DNA of 64,000 nucleotides from Diplonema japonicum. Its lineage: Eukaryota; Protista; Euglenozoa: Diplonemea. The stretch lies in contig OZ025678.1 in the NCBI GenBank assembly GCA_964019335.1, positions 372,001-436,000 on the forward strand, read 5' to 3'. Position 1 is the first letter of the stretch. Each line of letters begins with the position of its first letter. The position numbers and the translations under genes were made by a program. Shown one piece after another: positions 33,051-46,470 of the stretch. The notes below the pieces were generated by a model. That model did no database searches and was not told where the DNA came from. It was given only the letters and a program-made list of their open reading frames with translations.

Positions 33051-34551
33051 AGAGCCATCAAACCCATCGACTTGGTGAAGCATCAGGTCTATGAGCAGAA
33101 TAAAGCGCTTGTCGAGTCGCTGCGTGTTGTTGTAAAGGCGATGATGGCTCACGACAAGCATGAGGTGGAAGGGAGGAACGCAATAGAGGAGGAGGAGAAT
33201 GCAGAGTGGAAGGAAGCGTTGGCAACGTTCCATTCCGCCACAAGGTATGCGAAACCACGTTCCCCCCCATCCCGTTCACACCTTTTCACAGAGAAATAGA
33301 CCACGATAGAATAGTTGCCCTTGAGATGGCCTTCGAGGACCAGCTCGCTACTGAACGCGAGGAGCTCGAAGAGGCCTGGTTCGACCAAGGCATCGCACTC
33401 GTCGAGGATGAGGAACGGCTCCGGAGCGGGCTGTACAACATCATTCAGACCCAAATCGCACGTGCCAAGAGAGAGGAGCAACTGAGAATGATGAAAAAAG
33501 CAGAGGAAGCCTCCAAGCGCGCGCACGAGGCAAAACTCTCCGAGCGCAAGGCCCGTGCTGAATCCGTGCGCGCCAGCAAGGAACTGCGCATGTCCAAGAT
33601 CAAGAACAATGTATCCAAGGAACAAGAAAGAGCAAAGAATGCAGAGGACAGAAGGTTACAGGTATCCCCGCTTTTTTGGATTAACAAAAAAACCCCCATA
33701 AAAAGGAGTTAAAAGAAAGACGAGCCAAAATACTTGAGAGAGAAACAAAGCTGATGGTCAAGGAGGAGAATTTCCTGGCGGTATGGGAAAGAAATGCGTT
33801 TCCTCAAATCTCACAAACAGGGTCTTCAAAGCAAAACCCGATTAGGCGGCGGTAAGGTGTTGTCTGAGGAAGAGAAAGATCGCCGTGATAAGCGTGAATG
33901 GGAAAAAGCAGAAGCCGTAAGGAAGAAGGCGCTCCTGGATAGTTACAGCAGGCAGACCTGGGAAGAGATGAAACTGGCAGATGTTGAGTACGAGAAGACA
34001 GAAATTCTGCAGGAGAAGAAAGAGAAGGCCCGTCAGAAGGAGAGCGTGCTGGTGCAGAGAGTGCAGGACCGAAAAGTATTTGAAGCGAAGAGGAAGAAAA
34101 TCGAAGATGAGGAAAACAAGATGGCGCGTGAGGTCGAGCGGATTAGGAAGAGAGAGAGCGTGCAAGGGTCGAAGCTTGTTAGGGAACGTGAAGAGATGAG
34201 GAAGAGGGCGGAGCAAAAAGAATGGAAGCTGCTGCAGGAGTACTTCGCGAACCAAACACAACATGAGTCTTTAGAGAGAAGACGAGCGGCTGAGGTGTGA
34301 TTGGGGGGGAAAAGAAGAAGAAAACAAAAAAAAACAAAAAAAAAAAAAAAAAAAAAAAACAGAATTTTAGTCGGCGAAGCGAGCAGCATTTCAACACCAC
34401 CACCCCTACATCCGCTTCTGGGAAGTTCGTCCCGCTATCCAAGCGTCTTGGGTGTGTAAAAAAAAAAAAACAAGCCAAAAATAACCCCTTCTCTAGTTCG
34501 CCGGAACCGTTTCATCTCTCAAACGGGCAGAGCTCAGTGCCTCCCCGGTGA
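30753..34551 (+). CDS. Myosin heavy chain, euglenozoan (class XIII-like), with coiled-coil tail (introns 32990-33052, 33245-33291, 33662-33705, 33781-33820, 34295-34362, 34452-34496)
   Basis: GESGAGKT, NDNSSRFGK, LDIFGFE and PHWIRCVKP motifs, plus IQ-like AQAFAR. Six GT-AG introns join the tail ORFs in frame. Confidence 0.92.
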
Positions 34552-34811
34552 GGAGAGTGGCTAAGAAAAAAAAAAGAAAACGACCACATTTTTTTTCTTC
34601 CCCCCGGAATTCCCCCCCCTTCCCCTTCCCTGTACAAGAGGGGCACCCTGCCCCTCCCCCCTTATCCGTTTCTCCCTTATAGATGTTGTAAGTTTTCTTT
34701 TTTTCCGCCCCGACCCCTTCTTGTTCTATTTCAGTTATTATACATCGAACACGATAAACGACAGTTGTTGTCTTCTGACGCAGTTCAAGACAGCCTAACA
34801 GGTTGGGTGGG

Positions 34812-37800
34812 ATGAGGTGGTTGGTGCTGGCGGTGGCGGGGGCAGTGCTCTGCGAGGCGCAGTTTACCGCCGTCTGCTCTACAGCCGTGCAGCTGACCAC
34901 AACACCTATCCAGCTAAGCTACGAACTGGGAGACGACACTGCTGTCATGCAACCCGCAGTTCGGTTTACAGTAGTCTTTGACTCCACCGTAGCCACATGG
35001 GTGGCGGTGGGGCTCAAGACGACAGGTGGTGCCATGTCCACCATGAACGGGCTCAGCATCGTAGCAGGCGACTCTGCACAGATGGCCGTTTCCGACACTA
35101 CCCTTATGACGGCCAACGGGATGCCCACAGTGCGACCAGTGCAGCTTACTACATTTGAGAGCCTCACGACAGTGGGCACGCAGTCCACGCTGGTGTTCTA
35201 CCGACGATTGACCGAGGGCGACTTCAATATCCCTTCGTTCACGGCCACCACGGTAGCATGGGCAACAGGGGCCGGGCAAGTGTTTGGTGGTTGGACGCAG
35301 CACACTGTTGCGAACAGGGGCTTCATCGAGAACCATCTGTTCTCTCCCTGCACCCCAGCTCCCGACACAATGGCACCTGATACTCCTGCACCTGATACAC
35401 CAGCACCTCCTACAGCGGTGCCTACACTTGCGCCCCCAACTGCGGTTCCTACACAAGCACCCCCTACAGGGGTTCCCGCTACCGCGTCACCCGCCTTGTC
35501 AATGACCGTTCCTCAGGCGCTTAGTCAGGTCCCTGAGCTCACTGTCCTTTACGCCATGTGGACCAACCCGGTGTTGAATTCTCAAACAGCGAACTTGCTT
35601 GCAGGCGGGGGGCCTTACACGGTGTTCGCACCTACGAACGTTGCTTGGGAAAAGCTGAAGGTCGGCGAGAGGGAATCCATCAACGACAACCCTGCTGTCA
35701 TGCAGCGTATCTTGGACTACCAGATCGTGGTGGGGAACTCGGTGCGCTCACCCAGCCTGCCCCTTGCGTCCCCACTGATCACGTACGAAGGCAGTTCCAT
35801 CACAGTCGCGCTGCTAGGGGGTGTTCTTGTTGTAGACAATGCTGGAACTATTGTCAAAGCGGACCAGCAGACAGCAAACGGTGTTGTGCACCACGTAGAC
35901 ACGGTCCCGATGCCGCCCACAGTGACGCTGCCGTCGAAGACAGTCGCAACCATCATAGGGGAGATGGCGGAGCTCACAACGTCCAACAGGTTGCTTAAGA
36001 TGACCGCCATCGACCTGCGCGGCGACGGACCCTTCACGGCGTTCATCTTGAGCAACGCCGGATGGGAAGCCCTACCCGCAGGGCAGCAGAAGGCTCTTGA
36101 GGCAGATGCCACTGCATTGGAAAACGTCTTGAAGTACCATGTCATGGCTGCGTACAAGTCAGAAACCTTCCTGCGATCAGCACCGGGAAGCACTCTGTCC
36201 CTGTACCCGCCTAACATGATCTTACACAATGTGGACACGACCGGCAGGCTTGTCGTCAAGCCCAGTTCAATGGTGCCGGACTCCGACGCACCTGCCGTGA
36301 CAACAGGCGACTTGCGTGCTGTGAACGGCATCGTGCATATAATCGACAAACTACTGGTTCCAGTCAGCTTTACCCTCCCGCAGCCCACTTTGTGGGGCAT
36401 CATCAACGAGAACCAGGACCTCTCACAGTTTGCTGCTTTCGCGCGGCAGGTGGGTCTAGACACTGTGCTCGACGACAGGTCCCCGACAGCCACTTACACC
36501 GTCTTCGTGCCGACCAACGCCGCGTGGACCCAGCTTGGGACAGGAACCTTCAACGTCTTGAAGCGAGACTCTCGCCCCCTCTTAACCGTCCTCTCCTATC
36601 ACATCGCCGGCCAAAGGATCCTCTCAACACAGCTCATCCCGTCATCCCCGTTTACCTCGCGAGAGGGCACTAGCGTGACCGCCTCGCTTTCTACAGACGG
36701 TGGTATTGTGCTGAACAATCTCGTGAAGGTGGTAGGGAAAGACACAGTGGCAACCAACGGGTACTTGCACACCTTGGGAGATGTACTCATGCCCCCCATG
36801 GAGAAGATCCCTCAGGTGTCACAGATCTCGGTGCATGAAACACTTGCGAGGATGGAGTCGCTGAAGAAGTTCGTTGTAGCGTTAAGGGAGACAAGCATCT
36901 CACTGGCGCTGGAGGGGCGGGGGCCGTTTACAGTCTTCGCACCGACAGATGACGCGGTGAACAGGCTTGGGAAGGGGTGGGACCAGGTGATGGCTGATGC
37001 GGTGAAGAAGAATCGCGTGCTGCGGCATCACATCATCAAGTCGTACGTGTCAGGCGATGAGCTCCGGCGGTCTTCGCCTGGGGCTCTTGCCACAGTCGAC
37101 GATGGGACCGTGCTCACGGGAAGGGGGGGGCACACCATGCAGGTGCAGCCGTCGTCAATATCGTACGCGCTGTCGCCCGACCTGAGCAGCGTCGTCCTCA
37201 ACGGCGGCCAGGCAAGGATCGTGACGACAAATATCAGCTCAGCAAACGGTATCACCCACAGCATCGACGGTGTGTTGCTACCGCCCACCCTTGTTGATGA
37301 TATCATCCCGGGAACCAACTACACACTTTCGCAAGCCATAGCAACATCCCCCTCCGTTTCTTCCTTCTCAGCTGCTCTCGCCACTTCAGGCCTTACAGGG
37401 ATGCTGAACACTCCAGGGCCTTTCACTGTTCTTGCTCCCTCCAACGCCGCCTTCGACCTCCTCCCAACGGGCCACAAGCACTACATCCTCACGAGGCCGG
37501 ACGTTGCAGCTGCCATGGTGCAGTCGCATGCTGTGTCGGGCTCTTCGCTGTCCGTCTCGAGGCTTGCACAGCTGAACCCGCTGCAGTCTATGAGGGTATG
37601 GTTTCCTTTCCCTCCCCCCCTCGTCTTTTAGAAAGAGGTCTGGTACCTATCGCACCCAGGTACTAGGCAACGCTCTTGCTGCCTAGTACAGTGTGATGAT
37701 ACCTAAGCGCCTTGTTTTTACCCCCCCCCCCCCTCCCGATCGGTTTAACTGCACAAACAGGGATCGCCTATAAGCGTGGTGTCGTCGAACGGAGGTGGCA

Positions 37801-38815
37801 TCATCATGGTGAACGGGAACAGCCGGGTGGGGCAGAGGGACATTGTAGCCGCCAACGGGATGCTGCACGTGCTGGACGGCGTGCTGGTGGACAGCGACTG
37901 GGGGAGAACCTTGCGTATGGATTTTCAACAAAAAAAAAAATCCCCACAGCCCCGACCAATGTGTACGATCTGATGGTGAAGAACAGCATCCTGGCAAAAT
38001 TCGTGGAGATAGTGAAGAGCTGCAATGGGTGTGTCAACACCCTGCGGGATTGGAATGGGCCGTTTACCGTATTCGCACCAACGGACGCCGCCATTGGGAA
38101 GTGGGTGGGGGATCTGTACACCCGTGCTTTGAACAGCCCAAGCCTTGCAAAGACAATCGTGGAGGCACACGTCGTCACAGAGTACATTACAGAGGGGTAC
38201 GTCAGAGGTGACACAGGGTACCTCACGCTGAACAATGCTTCTTACGTGAATGTCAATGTGCAGAACGGGAGCTTGGAGGTCACACGTCCTGCGTCCACTG
38301 TAGTCTCGAGGAACGACGCCGCGAGGAATGGTGTTCTGCACACCATAGGAACACCCCTTTTCGGTGACTCGGGGAATGCTGTCACCAACAGCCCAAATGG
38401 GTCTTCTGATGATGGAATGCCGGAATGGTGGATCTTCCTCATTATCGGACTAGTAGCCTGTGCTTTGATACTCTTGATCGTCGTGTTGTGTTGCATACGA
38501 AGGAGGCAGTCTGGTGGGAAAGAACCGGAACCGCGCGAAATGTCCCCTTATGGAAAAAGTGAAGCGGGGGGCGAGGGAAAACAGTGGGATGACCCTGAGA
38601 AGAACCCTTTGGACACTGTCTTCACACCACGAGGTGCATCTCAGCAGAGACTCTACCAGGACAAGGAATTTGTGAACATCGATTGTCTTTCAGATGGAGG
38701 GGGTAGAGGGGGTGACGCGTATCATGATGCTGCCTACCCTCAACAGCACCTTGTAGAGCACAGCCCTTCGCCTTCCAACGGGTCTGTGCAGAGAGGTAAG
38801 ATTACATTTTCGTGA
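34812..38815 (+). CDS. Type I membrane protein: signal peptide, DOMON, Pro/Thr linker, six fasciclin (FAS1) domains, TM (introns 37596-37760, 37915-37949)
   Basis: Repeated TVFAPTN/D.A and NGVVH.ID motifs; WVAVGL..M..H DOMON pattern; TM WWIFLIIGLVACALILLIVVLCCI. Confidence 0.88.
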
Positions 38816-39182
38816 AAGAAGATGAATCTTTTTGTTATTTTATTGTTTGTTTTTATGCCCCCCCTCCCCCATTGTTGATTATTACTTTCTTTTTTTTTTT
38901 GAATTTTCTTTTCCTATTGTCACCGTCCGTATTTTATGAAATTATTGAAGCATCTAAAATATTTTTTTTTAGATAAAATCACAATGAAAAAAAAAAAGAA
39001 AGGGGAAAAAGAACGTAGTTTAAGTGGGAGGAGGGGTGGGGGGGGGGGGGGGGGGGGTATACGGTTGCGTCTGTTGTATTCTAGTATCTCTTTCCCCCCT
39101 TTTTTTTGTCTCTCAGTGTCTATGCACTCCCATTCTTCTTCACAAATCACAAAAAAGGAAAGGGCCACCCCGCCCAACACCC

Positions 39183-39662
39183 ATGTCTTCAAAGCTAAAG
39201 GCCGTTGTTGCTGTAGTTGGCTTATATTCAGTCTGCTTAGAGGCGAAGGAGACCGAAGAACAAAGGTGCAGGAACACAAAACAAGGGATAGAGAAGGTCA
39301 CGGATGACCAGGGCATGCTGTGCGAGGTAAGCGATAAAATCAGCGACGGCTGCTGCAAAGAAGGGAAAGGCTCCAGGTTCTCATGTGAGGGATGCATACA
39401 GGAAGAAGGCTTGGACACCTCACGGTGCTGCCAGGAATACGAACATTGTGTTTCCTGCTGCATGTCCCCGACAAACTCAATCCACAGATCGGACGGCCTC
39501 TTGAAGCGAAGAAGGCACATTGAGCTGTACCTCTCGATCCCAATATCCGACCACTTCAGGTACTGCAAGGCTCGCTGCCGAACCTCATCCCGCTCAGTAT
39601 ACCACCAGAATCGGTACAAGAGAAAGACGCACCTGTATTGCTACGGGTCAAAATTGGAGTAA
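39183..39662 (+). CDS. SPRING/C12orf49 (UPF0454) family Cys-rich protein
   Basis: CRNTKQG, DDQG..C, CC.EYEHCVSCC and FRYCKARCRTSSRSVYHQN.Y...YCYG motifs. Confidence 0.85.
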   Translation: MSSKLKAVVAVVGLYSVCLEAKETEEQRCRNTKQGIEKVTDDQGMLCEVSDKISDGCCKEGKGSRFSCEGCIQEEGLDTSRCCQEYEHCVSCCMSPTNSIHRSDGLLKRRRHIELYLSIPISDHFRYCKARCRTSSRSVYHQNRYKRKTHLYCYGSKLE

Positions 39663-39795
39663 TGGACACGGCTTTTTTTTTTTTTTTTTTTTTTTTTTGT
39701 TTCCTTTAAACAGAAAAAAAGAAAAAAGAAGAAGAAAAAAAAGAAAAAAAAACAGGGGAGAAGAAGAAAAGAAGAAAAAAAAAAAGAAAAGAAAA

Positions 39796-40217
39796 ATGGT
39801 GCACAGAGGGAAGGTGGATATGTGGCACGAGAGGAAAGGATATGGGTTCATCAAGGTATTTGAAAAAAAAAAAAAAATCGTTTTTCACAGTGCGATGAGT
39901 TCAATGAAGATCTCTTTGTGCATTGCTCATCTTTCGGTGGCGGCAATCTCATAGAAGGCAGCGAAGTGACTTTTGACGTAGAAGATGATGGAAGGTCCAA
40001 GAAGAGGGCCATCAATGTGGAAGGTCCCGGCGTAGACCGCGAGAGGGACCAAGGGCGAGACAGGAGGGGTGGACGCAGGGACAGCAGGGACAGGGACAGG
40101 GATAGGGACAGGGACAGGCGTAGGGACAGCAGGGACAGGCGCAGGGACAGCAGGGACAGGGATTCCAGGAGGAACAGAAACGACAGCAGGGACAGGCGCA
40201 GGGACAGATCCTACTAG
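39796..40217 (+). CDS. Cold-shock domain protein with Arg/Asp/Ser-rich tail (intron 39856-39890)
   Basis: GKVDMW...KGYGFIK|C...DLFVH (RNP1/RNP2), VTFDV and AINV motifs; RDRDS repeats. Confidence 0.9.
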
Positions 40218-40881
40218 TCAATTTTTTTTTCCTCTTTTTTTATTTAAAAAAAAAAAAAAAAAGAAACAGTGTATCCCTTTTTTTTATGTTTTTTATTCTA
40301 ATTTTTTATTTTTTTTTTTTAAGGGTGGGTCTTCAAGTGGGATTTGCCGCCTTCTTTTCTTCTTCCAACCCCCACCCCCCTTTTTTTTTTGGTGGTCGTT
40401 GCTAACACTTCTTCCTCCGTGAATCCATTTTTATTTTTGTGCACGGAAAAAAAAAAGAGTAGTGGCAACTTGTTGGTTAAACCTTAAGCCGGACTATCGG
40501 CTTGCGCAAACAACAAACGCCGACTCTTTTTTTTTTTTTAGACTCTTCATCTCCCCCCCCCCCCCCCCCCCCCCAATCCACACACACCTTTTTTTTTCAA
40601 AGAAAAAAAAAAGAAAAAAAAGCGATTCGGTTTTTTTTTTTTCTTTCTTTGTCTTTCAACTGCTTCTTTAAAAAAAAAAAAAAAAAAAAAACGAGAAAGA
40701 AAACAAAAAAAAGAGGGGGGTGGCGGGAAAAAAAAAAAAAACAAAAAAGAAAACTATAAAAAAATGCAGCGGCCACAATACAGGCCGCAAGGAAGGCAGG
40801 GGTTCCGTGGTGACGCACCACAAGAGGGTTACACCACAACAACAACAACAACAACAACAACACCCTTCACGGCAACCCCCA

Positions 40882-41843
40882 ATGCTGGATACGAGCAATC
40901 AAAGCCAAGAAGACGAACAAAGAACTGAAGCTAAAGAGCCCTTATCGCGAATCGGACGGGACATCAGGCTCACAAAGAGAATGCTACAGCACGCCACGAA
41001 GCTAGCCCTCGCAGACAACAACCAGCAGGTGGAAATGGAAAAATGGAACCTAACACAAGTCGAAAGGGCAATGAAGGAGAAGAAGTCACTCGAAGAGTCA
41101 CTTCAAACTCAATCAACAACCTCAACACCTGAAGAATACATCAACAGGGAAAGAGGTTGGTGGGACCAACACCTCAGCTCCTGGTCTGTCAAACGGGAAG
41201 AAGTCCGGCACGAAATGGAACGGCGTGCCTTGGAAAAGCTCCTTTCAACACAATCTCCCGACCAGCTCCAAGAGCTCCAAGACCCAAAGGCGGCACAGCA
41301 ATGGCTTCAGCTCATGGAAGCCAGCCTGCACCCATTCATCTCGGAGCTCAACAAGACTATGACATCTGAGCAACCCGTCTCACCAAACAGGCAGGCAAGG
41401 GTCCTCGTCCCTACCAAGGGAGAGCTTGAGCCGTCTGAGACAAAAAGCGGGTTATGGTGCACCGTACCAAAAACCGTTGAAAAATACGTTTCCGAAAGGA
41501 AGCAGAACCTCTCCAGAACAGACTGGTCAAATGGGTTTAAAGAAGGCGATATAGGAGCTCAGGGTGAGTCGCAGGATAGATACTGGAACCCGTCAGCGCC
41601 TGTGTCCCCTAGTAGGGTATGGAAGGGTGGGGGATGGGGGGAAATAATATGATTTTTTTTTTAAAGGCATCAAGATCCACGCGTAGTAGTGGTGGTACGC
41701 CTCGCATGGTGAAAACCGCGAACAAACGAACGCCCAATGGTGGTACTGCCAGCGGTGCAAAACCCCTGCCTCATGTTTATCAGCAGCAACAGCATCCGAG
41801 CCAGTCTTCAAGAGGGTACCACCCTGGGCAGAGGTTATGGTGA
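40882..41843 (+). CDS. Hypothetical coiled-coil protein (intron 41617-41666)
   Basis: ORF from MLDTSN; a GT-AG intron joins the downstream ORF in phase 0. Confidence 0.65.
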
Positions 41844-42800
41844 GATGGGACCCCCCCCCCCCCCACCCCCCAAGTTCATAGATTTTTTATTTTTATTTTT
41901 ACCCCCTTCCGTTTTCTCCCCCCTTTGTTATTGTAGAATTTTTTTTTTTGTATCCTCCCGCATTTTTTTTTTGTACGAAGGAGGGAGTACCTTTTTCCCT
42001 TTTTAACCATCTTGACCATAAAAGATTATGTCCCCCTGAAGGTTTTTTTTGACCACCTCTCGCCTTGTATGAGCAACGCCTGGCTTTACATTCAAAATGA
42101 AGGGGAGGAAAGCCAGATTTCTCTCGTTGTGATGAGCTCTAGGACAGCTTTTTCACACTGCCCTGGTTGCGTTAAAATGTCTTTCTTTTTGGTAAGGTGC
42201 CTCCTCCGGGTCGGATAGTCTTTAAAAAAAAAAAAAAAAAGAGATGTGTAGGGCATTGAAATGACCCCCCTTTTTTTAAATGTCTCTTTTTTTTTGTTGG
42301 TGGATCGTTGCAAGCAGCTTCTTTTCCCCCATAGTGAAATTTATCCCCCTTCTTTCCTCTTTCTTCTGTCACCAATCCTTCTCAGCTCCCCCCCCATCTT
42401 TTTTAAACCGAAGGGAGCGCTTTCCCTTTCACCAGATGGGTTGTTGCTCACGCTTCTCTTCCATCATAGGGATATTTTTTCTTCTTCCCCCAGACAGATA
42501 CCTCCACTTTCAACTAGTGGAATGGATGTTGAAGAGTTTTGTGCTTGTGGCCAGCGAGGAAGCACACTACAATACCTCCTACACACTTTCTCTGTACCTA
42601 CACAGACGTCAAAAAAAAAAAAAAGAGAAAGAAAAAAAAAAGAAAGAAAAAAAAAAAAGTGTTAACATTCGTTCTTTTTTTTTTCTTCTTCATTTCTTGT
42701 ATTTCCCTCCTCCTTCCCCTCCCCCAATACTTCGTGTTAGTTTTTGTTATTTTTGTTGTCATTGTTTTTCTTTCAATTTCTACGAAAATTAAAGTGCTGA

Positions 42801-42831
<31 letters not shown>

Positions 42832-42834
<3 letters not shown>

Positions 42835-43674
42835 TCACGAATCGCCAGTATGGCGCTGAGGGGTAGCCCCTGCGTACGGCTGACAAGGCAAGCGCAGCAA
42901 AGGTGGTGCACGGGAACGCCATCAAAAGTCCCTTCATACAAAAAGAAAGTGGAAGCACAGGAGAATATTGCCTTCAAAGAAGTGAGCAACTACGGGAAAC
43001 TGTTCACCGTCAAGGACCTCCCCCCAAAGACGAGCCAAGGCAAGCAGTATGCCGTATATGAGGTCAGAAGCAAAATGTCCCCCCATTTACTGAGGGTACT
43101 AGCAGGGGTTACTGCAAAGTGGGGCGCATTCCCGGGGGTTTTCACAAGAGACCGGATCACAGGAAAACCTAAAAACATCAAATTCGAGGATGCGGTGAAA
43201 GATCAAAGAGCGATGGAGGACATCTGGTTGATGATTTTCGTGAAGAATGGCGAAGAAACCCGGTTCATAGAAGAGATGAAGGTTCTCCTTTTAGAAACTA
43301 CGACAACCCACCTTCAGGAAGTTGGGAGCAATTCTGTTGGTACTTACTACACCATGCACCACTTGGGGTCAAACCAGGTGGAGTTTGAAGAGGGAAAACC
43401 AGAACTGGCAATCGAGTACGAAATCCGTGGTGCCATCACCGATATCCTACAATTCATCTCCTCTCAACTAAACAACGAGGGTTACACCTCAGGCATGGTC
43501 ACTGGTGATGCACAAGGCAACCCAACACCCCCTGTCGTCCGGGTCAACATCCCTGCATCGAACGAACAACTTCTACAAAACTTCCCCGCTGCACTGCAAG
43601 CTCAAGGAAACACCGCTTTGAAAACCTACAGGGAGATGCTGTCATCGGAATTGAAAAAACACATGGGACAGTAA
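42832..43674 (+). CDS. Hypothetical protein with putative mitochondrial targeting peptide
   Basis: 280-aa ORF with an Arg/Ser/Leu-rich, acid-free N-terminus. Confidence 0.7.
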
Positions 43675-43775
43675 AAAATTTTTTTTTTAATTTTTTTTTT
43701 CTCCCTCGGAAAAAAAAAAAAAACCATTCCTTTATTCCTTTTTTTTTTTTTCAAAAGAGAGGGAGGACAAAGATA

Positions 43776-44795
43776 ATGTCTGAGGTAGCAAACACCGAGA
43801 GCATCAAGACATGCCTCTTGCGTGCATTAACACTTGCACAGCAAGCAGTCTCCGCAGATACAGAAGGGGATAGGGTTACCGCTTTGACCTTGTATGACGT
43901 GTGTGTGAAAGATCTGGAAAGGATAATACCGTTCGTGCCGGAGGGGCACGCGAAGGTGATGAAGAACTACAGCAGGGTGTACACGCAAAGGGTTCTCGAG
44001 CTGAAAATGGAGGTGTCTAGCACCGTTCAGAAGGAAACCGGGGTGGTGATACCAAAGTTCCCGATACACTTTATAGAGCAAGTCCCTCCCGCATTGGGTA
44101 CACGACCAGAGGTCCCATCACATATAAGACGCCCGTTTTGGCTGATGAAAGTACTGTCGCTCTCAGTTCAAACAGGGGTGTACATCACAGATGATCTGTA
44201 TTCACCTAAAGATGTTTGGACGCAGGATGGGGGGTATCTCTTTGTTAAAGGGTTTGTCGCGAAAACACGGTACTGTGAGCAGATGGTAGATCTCATGGGG
44301 GGCTTTGCTCAGGTAGATCTTACCAATGTAGACCTTGTTGCAAAGGAGTTGGATGTTTTCATGAAGGGTGCGGAGGCAGCGTTGAAACAGCTGCAGAAGG
44401 AAATACCGAACGAGATATCTAAGAGCACGACAAGCACGGCAAAATTCGACAAACAACCCAGCCAAGCACAGCGGGCATGGTCGGCCTTCCGCTCTCGTAT
44501 AAATGAATCGAAGAAAACGGAACCTTCTGTTGCTTACAACTCCTACCTGCCCTGGCTTGTTTCGCTCCTGGAAGCGTCGCTTGCCCTCGATGCATGGTTG
44601 GGGTACTACTCCACGGCGCCGCTTAATTCTGAGCTGGCTGTGCACAAGCTGTCTACCATCTCCTCCCATCTTTACTTCGGGTTCTGCTCCTTCGTGTCGA
44701 AGGACCTGTTCACGCTGCTCAACAGATACATCCGAAAATTGCGGGAATCTTACTCCAGACTCTTTCCGGACAATTTTTTGATTCAGTTAACTTGA
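43776..44795 (+). CDS. MIT domain-containing protein
   Basis: N-terminal ALTLAQQAVSADTEGD...ALTLY...Y..R..EL pattern typical of MIT domains. Confidence 0.75.
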   Translation: MSEVANTESIKTCLLRALTLAQQAVSADTEGDRVTALTLYDVCVKDLERIIPFVPEGHAKVMKNYSRVYTQRVLELKMEVSSTVQKETGVVIPKFPIHFIEQVPPALGTRPEVPSHIRRPFWLMKVLSLSVQTGVYITDDLYSPKDVWTQDGGYLFVKGFVAKTRYCEQMVDLMGGFAQVDLTNVDLVAKELDVFMKGAEAALKQLQKEIPNEISKSTTSTAKFDKQPSQAQRAWSAFRSRINESKKTEPSVAYNSYLPWLVSLLEASLALDAWLGYYSTAPLNSELAVHKLSTISSHLYFGFCSFVSKDLFTLLNRYIRKLRESYSRLFPDNFLIQLT

Positions 44796-44931
44796 GTGAA
44801 TCGGGGGGGTGGGGGAAAGGGGAATTGAGTTTGAGACAAAAAAGAAATTCCATTTTTTCCCTCTTATTCACATCCTCCCGCAAAACAAAAAAGAAGGGGG
44901 TACAATAAAAATAAAGAAAGAAAGAGGTGAC

Positions 44932-45881
44932 ATGACAGTAGTCGATCTCGCCCCCGAGAGGTTGATCGAGAGGTTTGAGGACTGCGCTGCACCGCGTGAT
45001 TATTTTAGAAGAGGCTGCAACGCACGGCGGAGGAAGCGAGAGATGGATGCGCTGGCGGCGTTGGTCCCCAGTGTGGGGAAGGGACACAAGCGAAGATCGA
45101 CGTCTGCAGGGACGATCCCAGAACCGAGGGGCGCCGAGGTACACGTGGCCATCTTCGAAAAACTAATCGAGGAAAAAGTGAGAAAGATGGTGGAGAAACG
45201 CGTACCGAGTCTGAGGGAAACCATCAAGCACAGCACGTACCAGTCAGGACATGACATGGCTATGGCAGTCCCGTGGGAAGTTCGCAAAGCGGTTCAAGCA
45301 GTGCACAGCTCAGACAGCAAAATAGTCGAAGAAATGTGGGGAAGCGTTGCCAGGATGGGAACAGAAACCCCAGCATGGTGGGACCGAGATGCAGTTTCTG
45401 AAACGGAAAGCTACCCACGAGGTACTATGAAGGTAACGAGAAAAGATCTTTGCACTTTATCACCGCAATCATGGCTGAACGACGAAATCATCAACATGTA
45501 CATGATGCTGCTGGTGACTAGATCACGGGAGCTTCCTGACACCTACCCAGCCATCCATGCGGTTAGCAGCCATTGGTTGACTAAACTCCTCTCTTCAAAG
45601 CAAGGTGACGGGTACAACTATGGCGCAGTTAAACGGTGGACGCGGTCCGTTGATGTCTTCTCCAAGCAGATTTTGCTCATCCCCGTGAATTGGGGAGGTT
45701 CGCACTGGACGTTTGCTTACATCCATTTCCCTTTGAAGAAGATTGTGTACTGTGATTCTCTTTCCAGTCTCTCTGCAGGTCGGACAGTCACCTCAGCGTT
45801 GAAGCGATGGTTGTGTGATGAGCACCGTGAGCGGAAAAAAATCGAAAACGATTGGGAAGAGTATGTGGGAATGGGGAGAAG

Positions 45882-45929
<48 letters not shown>

Positions 45930-46303
45930 GCAGAATGCGTCTCTACCCCGCAGGCGATATTCATATCCCCCAACAGAACAACAGTTATGATTGTGGTAAT
46001 GTGTTTTTTTTTTGTTTTGTTTATTTGGGGGGTATGGGGGGGGAATTGGTTTTGACAGGTGTGTTCACGTGCAGTTTTGCTAATTGCGTTGCGGCGGGGA
46101 GGCCGTTTACCTTTTCCCAACAGGACATGAAGGTATTTCTTCTTTTTTTTTTCTCCCCCTTCTTCGTTGTTTCTTATTGTAAAAAAAAAAAAAAAAAAAG
46201 AAAGAAAAAAAAAAAAAAAAAAGAACACTAATATTTTCTACAGTACCTCCGTAAGCGGATTGTCATAGAACTTTTAGAAGCCCGAGTGCCAACACCTTTA
46301 TAG
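44932..46303 (+). CDS. Ulp1/SENP SUMO-specific protease (introns 45861-45933, 45996-46058, 46133-46243)
   Basis: WLNDEIINMY, VKRWTR, SHW, YCDS and PQQNNSYDCG|VF motifs, assembled across three GT-AG introns. Confidence 0.92.
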
Positions 46304-46470
46304 AACATGATGGAAAAAAAAAATCTTTTTTTTTATCTCTCTCTTTTTTATTTCTTTTCGAAAGTGTGTGTGTTCCTCCTCCCCTCCATCAAAACCCCCC
46401 CCCCCTAAAAAAATAATCCAAGGGGGAAGGAGAACAAAAAAAAAAAAGCAAAAAAAAAAAAAAAAAAGCA

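Noticed and set aside
37633-37713. Resemblance to the L1Tc/ingi 77-79-nt HDV-like signature (GGTCT.GTAC...CTAAGCGCC)
   Set aside because: No P1/P3 pairing can be formed upstream; only the hairpin is supported.
42127-42190. Box C/D snoRNA candidate (GTGATGA)
   Set aside because: No box D (CTGA) or terminal stem at a suitable distance.
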